Source: Candidatus Latescibacterota bacterium (GTDB lineage: Bacteria; Latescibacterota; UBA2968). Taken from it: DNA of 64,000 bases. A program made the position numbers and the translations under genes. The stretch spans positions 1,088,001 to 1,152,000 of the forward strand of contig OZ220741.1 of NCBI GenBank assembly GCA_965116885.1. Direction: 5' to 3'. Shown here piece after piece: positions 17,438 to 27,387 of this stretch (position 1 is its first letter; each line of letters starts with the position of its first letter). The notes beneath the pieces are model-generated. The model had not been told where the DNA came from. It was given only the letters and a program-made list of their open reading frames with translations, and did not search any database.

Positions 17438-18775
17438 TTGATGAAACCTGTACTCACATTCCTCGTACTCCTTCTCGGACTCGGTTTGCCCACCCGGGCA
17501 GAAGAAGTACACGTCGCCAAAATCAACGGCACCATTGAAGGCGGCGTAGCCGCTTTTGTCACGCGCGTCATGAACGACGCAGAAGACGCGGGCGTCAAAG
17601 CCGTCATCTTCGAAATCGATACCCCTGGTGGTGCTCTCGACGCCGCGCTCACCATCCGGGACGCCATACTCTACAGCGAAACCAAAACCATCGCCTTCAT
17701 CAACCCCCGCGCAATATCTGCGGGCGCCCTCATCGCGCTCTCTACCGACCACATCATCATGGCCGAAGGCGGCACCATTGGCGCGGCCACAGCCGTCGAT
17801 ATGCAGGGCAACAAAGCCAGTGAAAAAATCATCTCGTACTTCCGCAACGAAATGAAAGCCACAGCCGAAAAAACCGGCCGCTCCTCCAAACTGGCCGAAG
17901 CCATGGTCGATGAAGACGTCGATATCGAAGGCCTGGCGCCCAAAGGCAAGCTCCTCACCCTCACCACTGAAGAAGCCATTGAACAAAACATCGCCGACCA
18001 CAAAATCTCCGAAAAAAACGAATCGGAAAAACTCATCGCCGTACTCAAATACTACGACCTCGTACAGGCCAGCATTATCCACCAATCGACCAACTGGGCC
18101 GAACAACTCGTGCGCTATCTCACCAACCCCTATCTGGCCTCGCTGCTCATGACCCTGGGATTTTTGGGCCTGATCTTCGAAATCCAAAGCCCGGGCTGGG
18201 GCATCGGCGGCACCATCGGCTTAGTCTGCCTGGGCCTGTTCTTCGGCAGCCACCTGCTCGTCAACCTCGCCGACTGGTCTGAAATCCTCATCTTCTTTAT
18301 CGGCATCGCGCTCATCCTCATCGACCTGTTCTTTGTCATGGGCTTTGGCCTGCTCGCCATTCCCGGCGCGATCCTGATCTTAACCAGTCTGTTCTTAAGC
18401 CTCATGGGTCGCTATGACCTCTGGACCTGGGACGACATCAACGCCGCGCTCACGCCCTTGCTCTTATCTTTCATTCTCACCGGTGTCCTCGCCATTCTCA
18501 TTTTGCGCTCCCTCCCAAAATCCAGAATATGGAGTCGCCTGGTACTCGACACCGAAGAAAAATCTTCTGAGGGATATGTTGCGGCACCCTACAGCGACCT
18601 CCTCGGTGCATCCGGCACCGCATTCACAGACCTGCGCCCCGGAGGCACCGGCGTATTTGACGGTCGCCGCATCAGCGTATCGACCGAAGGCGAATACTTA
18701 ACCAAAGACACACCCGTCACAATCATCGAAATCGAAGGCAGTCGCGTCATTGTGCGAAAAATAGAAGACACATAA
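17438..18775 (+). CDS. nfeD: NfeD long-form membrane-bound ClpP-class protease
   Basis: IDTPGG, AISAGALI, KGKLLTLT, TM region, C-terminal OB fold (DLRPGG..STEGEY). Confidence 0.9.
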   Translation: MMKPVLTFLVLLLGLGLPTRAEEVHVAKINGTIEGGVAAFVTRVMNDAEDAGVKAVIFEIDTPGGALDAALTIRDAILYSETKTIAFINPRAISAGALIALSTDHIIMAEGGTIGAATAVDMQGNKASEKIISYFRNEMKATAEKTGRSSKLAEAMVDEDVDIEGLAPKGKLLTLTTEEAIEQNIADHKISEKNESEKLIAVLKYYDLVQASIIHQSTNWAEQLVRYLTNPYLASLLMTLGFLGLIFEIQSPGWGIGGTIGLVCLGLFFGSHLLVNLADWSEILIFFIGIALILIDLFFVMGFGLLAIPGAILILTSLFLSLMGRYDLWTWDDINAALTPLLLSFILTGVLAILILRSLPKSRIWSRLVLDTEEKSSEGYVAAPYSDLLGASGTAFTDLRPGGTGVFDGRRISVSTEGEYLTKDTPVTIIEIEGSRVIVRKIEDT

Positions 18776-18802
18776 GACCGACCATTTTTTAAGGAGCTTT
18801 TC

Positions 18803-19783
18803 ATGGACGCCGTTTTTCTACTCCTCATTGTTGCCGCAGGTATTCTGGGACTCTCCCTCTTCTTCTACTTCATCCCCGTCGGCCTCTGGATCTCTGCCAT
18901 TGCCGCGCGCGTGCGCATCGGCATTGGCGAACTCATCGGCATGCGCCTGCGTCGCGTACCCCCGCGCATCATCCTCGGCTCGCAAATCAACGCAACCAAA
19001 GCGGGCCTCGACATACCCACCGCATTTCTCGAAGCCCACTACCTCGCTGGCGGTCATGTCGAAAACGTCGTCAACGCACTCATCGCCGCAGACAAAGCCG
19101 GCATTGGACTAACCGGCGAACGCGCCGCCGCCATTGACCTTGCCGGACGCGACGTACTCGAAGCCGTACAGGTCAGCGTCAATCCCAAAGTCATCTCCAC
19201 CCCCATGGTCACCGCCGTTGCCAAAGACGGCATACAGGTCAAAGCGACCTCGCGCGTCACAGTTCGCGCCAACATAGAACGCCTGGTCGGCGGTGCGGGT
19301 GAAGAAACCATCATGGCCCGCGTGGGCGAAGGCATCGTCACCACCATCGGCTCCTCGGAAACCCACAAAGACGTACTCGAAAATCCCGACATGATCTCCA
19401 AAACCGTACTCGACAAGGGCCTCGACTCGGGCACTGCCTACGAAATCCTCTCCATCGACATCGCCGACGTGGATGTGGGCGACAACATCGGTGCAAAACT
19501 CCAGACAGACCAGGCAGAAGCCGACAAAAACATCGCACAGGCGCGCGCCGAAGAACGCAGGGCAATGGCCGTTGCACAAGAACAAGAAATGGCAGCCCGC
19601 GTTGAGGAAATGCGCGCCCGCGTCGTCGAAGCCGAAGCCGAAGTCCCGCTCGCAATGGCCGACGCATTCCGCAGTGGCAACATGGGCATCATGGACTACT
19701 ACCGCATGCGCAACATCGAAGCCGACACGCAAATGCGCGAAGGCATCGCTGGTGAAACAGAAGAAGAAGAAGAGAACAATTAA
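18803..19783 (+). CDS. floA: Flotillin-like protein FloA (YqfA)
   Basis: [59 protein letters not shown]. Confidence 0.93.
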   Translation: MDAVFLLLIVAAGILGLSLFFYFIPVGLWISAIAARVRIGIGELIGMRLRRVPPRIILGSQINATKAGLDIPTAFLEAHYLAGGHVENVVNALIAADKAGIGLTGERAAAIDLAGRDVLEAVQVSVNPKVISTPMVTAVAKDGIQVKATSRVTVRANIERLVGGAGEETIMARVGEGIVTTIGSSETHKDVLENPDMISKTVLDKGLDSGTAYEILSIDIADVDVGDNIGAKLQTDQAEADKNIAQARAEERRAMAVAQEQEMAARVEEMRARVVEAEAEVPLAMADAFRSGNMGIMDYYRMRNIEADTQMREGIAGETEEEEENN

Positions 19784-19787
19784 AGAC

Positions 19788-19868
19788 GGGACGGCACAGG
19801 GGCCGTCCCCTACAAGATACACAACCGACCCAGACAACCACTGTAGGGGCGACCCCCTGTGGTCGCCC
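19788..19868. repeat. Pair of GTAG-type REP elements (family A)
   Basis: GGGACGGCACAGGGGCCGTCCCCTAC and GTAGGGGCGACCCCCTGTGGTCGCCC. Confidence 0.8.
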
Positions 19869-19900
19869 GCACCATAACCCATAACAAATGGTCTTACACC

Positions 19901-20473
19901 ATGGAACTGGAAGTACTCTTACCGCTAATCGTGTTTCTCTTCTTCAGCCTTATCGCGCCGCTCATAAAAAGGCTGCGAGGCACCAGAGAACCCGACGAAT
20001 CCAAACTCCAGCGCAGGCAAACGTCCCGCGACGCAGGTGCCGACGACCCCTTTGAAGAGGAGTTTGACCTTTCCGAATGGGAAGTCATCTTCGGACCTAC
20101 TGAACCCGAACCTGAACCCGAACCAAAACCACCTTCAGAGTTCCAGGAGGTACAGGGCAAACGCCCCGTCTCTGAAGCAGACACCGGACCAGAGTTTCGG
20201 GAAGTTGAAGGCAAGCGTCCCGTTTCCGAAGCAGACACCGGACCGGAATTTCAAGAGGTTGAAGGCAAGCGCCCCGTCTCCGACGAATCATCTTACATCG
20301 AAGGCCAGACCTCATTTATACGCGCATCAGAAACCGAAATGCTCCTGCGCCCCAAACGCAAAAAACGCCGTATAAAACTCGATTTTGAACCCGACACCAT
20401 CCGCAAAGCCATCATCTACAACGAAATCATCGGACCGCCACGCGCTGAAACAGATCACTTCAAAAACCCTTGA
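19901..20473 (+). CDS. Hypothetical membrane-anchored protein, third gene of the nfeD-floA operon, with 18-aa repeats
   Basis: N-terminal TM; three EF(Q/R)EVxGKRPVS units; C-terminal RKAIIYNEIIGPPRA motif. Confidence 0.75.
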   Translation: MELEVLLPLIVFLFFSLIAPLIKRLRGTREPDESKLQRRQTSRDAGADDPFEEEFDLSEWEVIFGPTEPEPEPEPKPPSEFQEVQGKRPVSEADTGPEFREVEGKRPVSEADTGPEFQEVEGKRPVSDESSYIEGQTSFIRASETEMLLRPKRKKRRIKLDFEPDTIRKAIIYNEIIGPPRAETDHFKNP

Positions 20474-20519
20474 CACACAATCCCGCGTTTGGGATATTGT
20501 TCACCATGGAACATCAGGT

Positions 20520-20606
20520 GCCGAAGTGGTGGAACTGGTAGACGCGCTGGACTCAAAATCCAGTGGCCGCAAGGCCGTGTGGGTTCGAGTCCCACCTTCG
20601 GCACCA
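20520..20606 (+). tRNA. tRNA-Leu (CAA)
   Basis: GCCGAAGTGGTGGAACTGGTAGACGCGCTGGACTCAAAATCCAG..GGTTCGAGTCCCACCTTCGGCACCA with long variable arm. Confidence 0.96.
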
Positions 20607-20621
20607 TAAATTCGCTTTTTC

Positions 20622-20657
20622 AGGAGGTGACATCACAATATGTCACCTCCTTTTTTC
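20622..20657 (+). terminator. Intrinsic terminator after tRNA-Leu
   Basis: AGGAGGTGACAT-CACAAT-ATGTCACCTCCT followed by a T-run. Confidence 0.85.
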
Positions 20658-20720
20658 TTTGCCTTGACAGCGGGAATAAACTGTATTAGGATGCATCCCG
20701 ATATTCACAGGAGAGACATA

Positions 20721-22067
20721 ATGTCTGACCATTACGACGTCATAGTAGCGGGCGCGGGCATAGGCGGATTGTGTGCGGCGTTGCGCGCTCGGGAAAAAGG
20801 CGCGTCCGTTGCCATCGTCGAAAAAGCTGAAACAATCGGCGGATCCGCCGCTGTATCGGGCGGCACCATCTGGTGTGCAAAAAACATCGACGAATGGCTC
20901 AAAGTGCAGCCCAATGGCGACATCTCACTCGGCACCGCGCTCATCGACCGCTTCTACACAGGCATCGAATGGCTCCGCAAACAGGGCGTATCCCTGCAAG
21001 CGCGCGAAGACAAACCGTACAAATTTCAACGCACCATCTACCAGTTCACCCCCGATGCGCGCACCGCACTGGAAATCCTCGGCTATCAATTCCAACACAT
21101 GGGCGGCACCATCCTCACCCACACCGGCCTGACCGGCCTCATCGGCGGCAACGGCAAACCCATCACAGGCGTCAAAACCACACATACAAAAATAACAGCC
21201 CGCGCCGTCATCCTATCAACCGGTGGATACCAAGCCAGCCCCGAATTGCGCGCGCAGTACTTCGGCGCGGAATCCGATCACATGATCGTCCGCGGCGTAC
21301 CTCAAAACACCGGCGGCGGATTTCAAAGCGCACTCGAAGCGGGCGCGCAACCCACAGAGCCCCTCAACCGCTTCTACGGCCACCTCCTCCCCGCACCCCC
21401 CGCACGAGTCGGCCTCCACAACTTTCTCAAAGTCAAACCCGACTTCAGCGAATACGCCATCTTAATCAACCTCAAAGGCGAGCGATTCGACGACGAATAT
21501 CTCGGCGACGAAGTCACCTGCCACACCCTCGTCCAACAACCTCAGGCCACCGCCATCCTCATCTTTGACCAGCACATCCGCGACAACCAGAACGCACTCT
21601 CGCAATGGCCCACGCCAGACAACGACCGCGTCAAAAACATCCGCGAAGCAGGCGGCGAAGTCATCGAAACATCCTCCTTGCCCGAACTCACCCGCGCACT
21701 GACCAACCGCTGGCACATCCCCGCCCACACATTCGAAAAAACAATGGCCGAATACGCCACCGCCTGCGCCACCGGCAACGGCCAAACCCTCTCAATACCA
21801 AAAACCGGCGGCCTCATCCCCCTCAACACACCGCCCTATTACGCCATCCGCACCCTGCCCGGCATCACCTTCACCTACGGCGGTGCCAAAATCAACGCCC
21901 AGGCACAAGTCATAGACAAAAACGACCAGCCCATCCCGGGCCTCTACGCAGCCGGCGCCGACTGTGGCGGCATCTACACCCGGGGCTACACAGGCGGTTT
22001 GTGCATGGGCCTCGCCTATGGCCTCATCGCAGGTGAAAACGCGGCGGAATACACCACACAGAAATAG
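20721..22067 (+). CDS. FAD-binding oxidoreductase (FAD_binding_2; flavocytochrome c/TcuA/KstD-like)
   Basis: DVIVAGAGIGG, GGSAAVSGG, ITFTYGG, IPGLYAAG; AGGAGA RBS before ATG 20721. Confidence 0.85.
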   Translation: MSDHYDVIVAGAGIGGLCAALRAREKGASVAIVEKAETIGGSAAVSGGTIWCAKNIDEWLKVQPNGDISLGTALIDRFYTGIEWLRKQGVSLQAREDKPYKFQRTIYQFTPDARTALEILGYQFQHMGGTILTHTGLTGLIGGNGKPITGVKTTHTKITARAVILSTGGYQASPELRAQYFGAESDHMIVRGVPQNTGGGFQSALEAGAQPTEPLNRFYGHLLPAPPARVGLHNFLKVKPDFSEYAILINLKGERFDDEYLGDEVTCHTLVQQPQATAILIFDQHIRDNQNALSQWPTPDNDRVKNIREAGGEVIETSSLPELTRALTNRWHIPAHTFEKTMAEYATACATGNGQTLSIPKTGGLIPLNTPPYYAIRTLPGITFTYGGAKINAQAQVIDKNDQPIPGLYAAGADCGGIYTRGYTGGLCMGLAYGLIAGENAAEYTTQK

Positions 22068-22100
22068 ACATTCAACATCCACACCAAAAATGGAGACCCC

Positions 22101-23645
22101 ATGCAACCCAACATCCTCTTTGCTTTTGCCGACGACTGGGGGCGTTACGCCAGCGCATATCAGCGCATAGAAGGCCCCAACTCCCTCAACCAGCTCATCG
22201 ACACCCCCAACTTTGACCGCATCGCCCGCGAAGGCGCGCTATTCACCAACGCCTTTGTACCCGCGCCGAGTTGCACCCCCTGCCGAAGCTCTATCCTCTC
22301 TGGACAATACTTCTGGCAAACCGGCCTCGGTGCCATCTTACAAGGCGCGATATGGGACGAAAGCATCCCCACCTATCCCCTCGAACTCGAAAAAGCCGGA
22401 TACCACATCGGCTACACCTACAAAGTCTGGTCCCCCGGAAAAGCCGCCAACGCCCCTTATGGCGCCGACCGAACCCGCTATGAATCCGCCGGCACCAACT
22501 ACCGGGGATTCTCCCACTGGGCAACCAGACACGCCGACGAATTGGGCGTTGAAGGTGCCAAACAAGCACTCCTGAACGAAACCCGCGACAACTTCAATTC
22601 ATTCCTCGACGCCCGCCCCCAAAACACACCCTTCTGCTACTGGTGGGGGCCCACCAACACCCACCGCTCCTGGGAACGCGGATCGGGCAAAGCCTTATGG
22701 GATCTGGAACCCGACGACCTCAAAGGCCGCTTACCCTCCTTCCTGCCCGATGTACACGACATCCGCGAAGACATAGCCGACTACCTGGGCGAATGTCAGG
22801 CTGTCGATGCTGGCCTCGGCGTCTTAATCCAGCGTCTCGAAGAAATCGGCGAACTCGACAACACCCTCATCGTCGTCAGCGGCGACCACGGCATACCGGG
22901 CTTTCCCCGCGGCAAATGCAACCTCTACGACATCGGCTGCGAAGTCACCCTCGCCGCACGCTGGCCCAACAACATCCCCGCGGGACGCACCGTAGAAGAC
23001 TTTGTCAACCTCATGGACCTCGCCCCCACATTCCTCGAAGCCGCGGGCGCAGACATCCCCGATACCATGACCGGCAAAAGCCTCCTCCCCGTCCTCAAAA
23101 GCGACCAGAGCGGCCTCGTTGATCCCGACCGCACCTTTGTCATCACCGGACGAGAACGGCACGTTGGCACCGCAAGAGAAGGCCAGCTACCCTATCCGCA
23201 ACGCGCCATCCGCAACGCCGACTTCCTCTACATCCACAACTTTGCACCCGACCGCTGGCCCATGGGCGATCCCCAGGGACTCGACGACCTCCATGCAGAA
23301 GCCCCTTCTGCCGAAGAACTCACCAGAAACACCCGCGTCGCCTATCCCGACATGGATTCCAGCCCCACAAAATCCTATATGATCCTCCACCGTGCAGAAC
23401 AAGACGTACAGGAACTATTCGAAATCGGCTTTGGCAAACGTCCGCGTGAAGAACTCTACGACCTGCGCGTGGACCCGCACTACATGAACAACATCGCCGA
23501 CGACCCCGAATACGACCCCATCCGCAAAGAACTCGCCACCGCACTCATGCAAACCCTGCGCGAACAAAGCGACCCGCGCCTCGTCGAATCGCCCTGCCGA
23601 TTCGAGCACGCGCCTTATGCCGGACCAGTTGACGAAAATTGGTAA
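22101..23645 (+). CDS. Sulfatase (Cys-type S1)
   Basis: [15 protein letters not shown] (CxPxR), GDHG, ELYDL..DP. Confidence 0.92.
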   Translation: MQPNILFAFADDWGRYASAYQRIEGPNSLNQLIDTPNFDRIAREGALFTNAFVPAPSCTPCRSSILSGQYFWQTGLGAILQGAIWDESIPTYPLELEKAGYHIGYTYKVWSPGKAANAPYGADRTRYESAGTNYRGFSHWATRHADELGVEGAKQALLNETRDNFNSFLDARPQNTPFCYWWGPTNTHRSWERGSGKALWDLEPDDLKGRLPSFLPDVHDIREDIADYLGECQAVDAGLGVLIQRLEEIGELDNTLIVVSGDHGIPGFPRGKCNLYDIGCEVTLAARWPNNIPAGRTVEDFVNLMDLAPTFLEAAGADIPDTMTGKSLLPVLKSDQSGLVDPDRTFVITGRERHVGTAREGQLPYPQRAIRNADFLYIHNFAPDRWPMGDPQGLDDLHAEAPSAEELTRNTRVAYPDMDSSPTKSYMILHRAEQDVQELFEIGFGKRPREELYDLRVDPHYMNNIADDPEYDPIRKELATALMQTLREQSDPRLVESPCRFEHAPYAGPVDENW

Positions 23646-23679
23646 AAAAAACGGCTCCTTTATTAAGGAGCCGTTTTTT
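23644..23679. terminator. Bidirectional terminator
   Basis: AAAAAAACGGCTCCTT-TATT-AAGGAGCCGTTTTTT between convergent genes. Confidence 0.85.
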
Positions 23680-23697
23680 CATATCCTACAAACAACT

Positions 23698-25107
23698 TTA
23701 ATGAAACACCACCATCTTCGTCTCCGTCATCTCCTCCACCGCGTACTTCGGTCCCTCCTTGCCCATCCCGCTATCCTTCAGCCCGCCGTAGGGCATCAAA
23801 TCCGCGCGCCACTGCGTACCCCAATTGACGTGAATATTGCCCGAATGGACCTCCCGCGCAAACCGCATCGCCCAGTGGATATTCTCTGTAAACAGTGCCG
23901 CACTCAAACCGTAATTCGTATCATTCGCCATCGCAATAGCAGCGTCGATATCGTCAAACCGCGTAATACCCACCGCAGGCCCGAACAATTCATCGCACGA
24001 AATTTTCATACTCGGATCCACATCGGCCAGAATCGTCGGTTGATAAATCGCACCATCGCGCTCGCCGCCCGTCACAAGACGCGCGCCAGCCCCCACCGCA
24101 TCCTGAATCCACGCCTGCACGCGCTCGGCATCGCGCTCCCGTACCATCGGCCCCATCATCACGCCATCAGCAATGGGATTGCCCGTCGCCAGCGCCTCGA
24201 CCTTTGGCGTCAACGCATCGATAAAATCGCCGTAAACCGCGTCATTGACAATCACCCGCTGTGCTGAAATACACACCTGCCCGGCATTGGCAAAACCCGT
24301 CGTCGCGGTCGCAGCAGCCACCTGATCCAGATCCGCATCCGGCATCACAATCAAAGGCGCATTGGACCCGAGTTCCATCGTCACCTTCTTCAACCCCGCC
24401 ATATTGCAAATCTCCTCCCCCACATCGCGGCTACCCGTAAAACTAATCTTGCGCACGCGGGTATCCGAACACAGCGCATGGCCCAACTCATTCCCCGGAC
24501 CCGTAATACACTGCACAGCCTCGGCAGGCACACCGGCCTCCACCAGAATCTCCACCAGCTTCAGCGCCGAAAGCGGCGTATCCGTAGCCGGCTTCACAAT
24601 CACCGCATTGCCCGCAGCGAGTGCAGGACCCACCTTGTGACACACCAGATTCAGGGGAAAATTAAACGGCGTAATCGCCAGCACCACCCCACACGGCACG
24701 CGCAGCGTAAAACCAAACTGATCGCGCACGCCCGAACCGCCATCCAGCGGAATGGTCTCGCCGTACAACCGCTTGGCCTCCTCTGCAGACAGCGTCATCG
24801 TCTCAATCGCCCGGCCGGCCTCGCCGATGCCCTCAGCCAGGACCTTGCCCTCTTCCAGCGTAATCGTACGCCCCAAATCCTCAACCCGTTCCTGCATCAA
24901 ATTCACAGCCCGATGCAAAATCTCATACCGCTCATAAGCCGTCAAAGCCGCCATCGCTTTGGCACCGCGCACGGCCGTCGCAATCGCCACCTCTGCATCT
25001 GCGGCATCGCCTTTGGGCACCGTATCCACCACCGAATTGTCAAATGGATTGATCACATCGATCTTCTCAGCCTTATCCACCCATTGACCGCCAATATGCA
25101 TCTTCAC
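23698..25107 (-). CDS. Aldehyde dehydrogenase family protein
   Basis: ITPFNFP, FTGS, MELGSN, GQVCIS, ELFGP. Confidence 0.93.
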   Translation of the reverse strand: MKMHIGGQWVDKAEKIDVINPFDNSVVDTVPKGDAADAEVAIATAVRGAKAMAALTAYERYEILHRAVNLMQERVEDLGRTITLEEGKVLAEGIGEAGRAIETMTLSAEEAKRLYGETIPLDGGSGVRDQFGFTLRVPCGVVLAITPFNFPLNLVCHKVGPALAAGNAVIVKPATDTPLSALKLVEILVEAGVPAEAVQCITGPGNELGHALCSDTRVRKISFTGSRDVGEEICNMAGLKKVTMELGSNAPLIVMPDADLDQVAAATATTGFANAGQVCISAQRVIVNDAVYGDFIDALTPKVEALATGNPIADGVMMGPMVRERDAERVQAWIQDAVGAGARLVTGGERDGAIYQPTILADVDPSMKISCDELFGPAVGITRFDDIDAAIAMANDTNYGLSAALFTENIHWAMRFAREVHSGNIHVNWGTQWRADLMPYGGLKDSGMGKEGPKYAVEEMTETKMVVFH

Positions 25108-25219
25108 GGCAAACCTCCTTAAATCAGTTAAAAATTACCATTCTCGAACTTCTATTTCATCTCAGACCACTCATCATGCACAGCGACACCCTGCAAGTCA
25201 ACAAAATTCATCCCAACCC

Positions 25220-26269
25220 TCACCGCAACCACGCATCCAGATGTTCCGCCACAAAATCGTCGTCATTCAAATGCGGATAAGCATCATACACGCGATTGAT
25301 CTCCTCCGCTTGTCCCGGCGACAGACCCTCCTCGGGATTCAGACACCAGACCCCCTCCAAAAGCCCCTGCCTTCGCAACACCTCGTGAACACCGGCAATA
25401 CACCCGTGAAAATCATTGGCCACATCAAAAAACGCCGCATTGCAATCCGTCACCTCAATCGCCCGCGTCAGCATCTCCCCTGGCACAGCATCCAGTTGCG
25501 CAATCTCGTGACACGCCCTCAGAATTTCCACCGCCTTCTTTGTCCACACCGCCCAATGCCCCAAAAGTCCACCCACAATACGCACATCCACACACGCGCC
25601 ATCGCACACAAACCGATGTGACGTCAGCAAATCCATCACAATATTATCGTCATTCCCCGTATAAAGCGCAATATCCGCCACCCGCCCCGCAGCCACGACC
25701 CCGCGAATCACATCCAGCGTCTGATACCGATTAAAAGGCGCAATCTTAATCCCCACCACAGACTCTATCTCTGCAAAACGCCGCCAAAAATCAAACGGCA
25801 ACACACATCCTCCCACAGCCGGCTGCAGATAAAACCCCATCACCGGAATCACATCGGCTATGGCGCGGCAATGTGCAACCATCGCATCGACACTCGCATT
25901 GGCAAAAGCGCGCAAACTCACCAACCCGACCTCATAGCCGCAATCACGCGCTATTTCTGCCTCTGCCACCGCCTGTCGCGTATTGCCCACAATACCAGCC
26001 ACGCGGATAAAATCAGCCGGTGCATCGGCATCCATCACACACGCTGCCAGTTCCAAAACGGGCCGGTACAAATCCCATTTGGGATCGCGGATTTCAAATT
26101 GCGTGGTATGCACCCCCACGGCCAATCCCCCCGCGCCAGCAGCAATATAATAGCGCGACAACGCCTGCTGCCGCCGCGCGTCCAACTTCCGCTCGGCAGT
26201 CAGAGCCAGCGGATGTGCGGGAATCACCTGCCCTTTCTTCAATGCAATCTCGACATCTTTTGTCAACAT
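25220..26269 (-). CDS. Dihydrodipicolinate synthase-like aldolase/dehydratase
   Basis: GVHTTQF, FYLQPAVGG, VGIKIAPF (Schiff-base Lys), YTGNDD. Confidence 0.8.
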   Translation of the reverse strand: MLTKDVEIALKKGQVIPAHPLALTAERKLDARRQQALSRYYIAAGAGGLAVGVHTTQFEIRDPKWDLYRPVLELAACVMDADAPADFIRVAGIVGNTRQAVAEAEIARDCGYEVGLVSLRAFANASVDAMVAHCRAIADVIPVMGFYLQPAVGGCVLPFDFWRRFAEIESVVGIKIAPFNRYQTLDVIRGVVAAGRVADIALYTGNDDNIVMDLLTSHRFVCDGACVDVRIVGGLLGHWAVWTKKAVEILRACHEIAQLDAVPGEMLTRAIEVTDCNAAFFDVANDFHGCIAGVHEVLRRQGLLEGVWCLNPEEGLSPGQAEEINRVYDAYPHLNDDDFVAEHLDAWLR

Positions 26270-26272
26270 CTG

Positions 26273-26884
26273 TCATTCTCCATTTGTTCCCCGCCTCTCC
26301 AACTCAGCCCGATAATCTTCTGGCGTATCCAGATCCCGCAAAATACCCTCATCATCGACCGACACCTCCCTCGTATCTTGCGGGTGCCCCCGCATAACCG
26401 GCTTGAGACCTTCATCCCCTGAAAGTCCCAAAATCTCGCTCTGATAACGCGACAAATTGATCAGCACTGGATGCCCGCGCTTGCCACCCGATATGGGAAT
26501 CGCAATACCCCGATCGCCTTCGCGGTATGCCCGCACCACAGCCTGAACAACATTCAATTCAATCTGAGGCTGATCGCCAAGCGCGATAAGCACAGCACCT
26601 GCATCTGCAGGCAAATGACGGAGACCGCAAAGTACACTGGAAAACATCCCCTCGCGGTAGGCATCATTCACACAACACAGCACGGGCCGACCGCGCAAAC
26701 TCTCGCGCACAGCATCTGCATCGTGCCCCAAAACTACCACAACACCAGCCAGATCAGCACCTGACAGCGTATCAACTACTGTTTGAAGAATCGTTCTATC
26801 GCCAAAAGGCAACAACTGTTTGGTTGACCCCATGCGCTGCGCCATACCCGCGGCCAGCACAAGACCGTAAATTTGCTCTTTCAT
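26273..26884 (-). CDS. MocA/MobA-like nucleotidyltransferase
   Basis: LAAGMAQRMG..KQLL, LGDQP, RGHPVL, DLDTPEDY. Confidence 0.88.
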   Translation of the reverse strand: MKEQIYGLVLAAGMAQRMGSTKQLLPFGDRTILQTVVDTLSGADLAGVVVVLGHDADAVRESLRGRPVLCCVNDAYREGMFSSVLCGLRHLPADAGAVLIALGDQPQIELNVVQAVVRAYREGDRGIAIPISGGKRGHPVLINLSRYQSEILGLSGDEGLKPVMRGHPQDTREVSVDDEGILRDLDTPEDYRAELERRGTNGE

Positions 26885-27152
26885 ATATCGGCTTTCAGCT
26901 TTCAGCTAATAGCTCGTTTTGCTAACCGCTGCACGCGCAGCACAACGCCAGTATAGCTTATTTTGCATTCGTAGTATAAAGATAAGGCTTACTGTTGACA
27001 AGTGCGTATTTTAACAGCTTATACATCATTTTGCAAACTTATAACAAAACAACAATTTATTAAAATACCTTGACTTTTTTTTTACAGGCATTAAATTTTC
27101 CGGGGTTATAAACAAACGGAACGCGGGCATCTCAAAACGCGAGGTCACACCA

Positions 27153-27386
27153 TTGATTTGCGAACAATGTGGCAAAGTTCCGGCAACAAAAGCACAAACG
27201 CATGTCGAAAACGGCATAAAACGCGTCCTTTATCGCTGTGATACCTGCGCGACCCTTACTTCCCCCAAATTAGACCGTCCGTGCGCGCAGTGCAAACAGC
27301 GAGAAGGCGAGATTAAACTCACTCGTATTCGCCCGCATGGCCGAGTAGTTACATATATATGTCAAGCCTGTGCTGACGTAAACTAA
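27153..27386 (+). CDS. Small protein with two tandem McsA-like Zn ribbons (4 CxxC)
   Basis: CEQC..CDTC and CAQC..CQAC; GAGG RBS and TTG start; abuts the next gene. Confidence 0.7.
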   Translation: MICEQCGKVPATKAQTHVENGIKRVLYRCDTCATLTSPKLDRPCAQCKQREGEIKLTRIRPHGRVVTYICQACADVN

Positions 27387-27387
27387 T

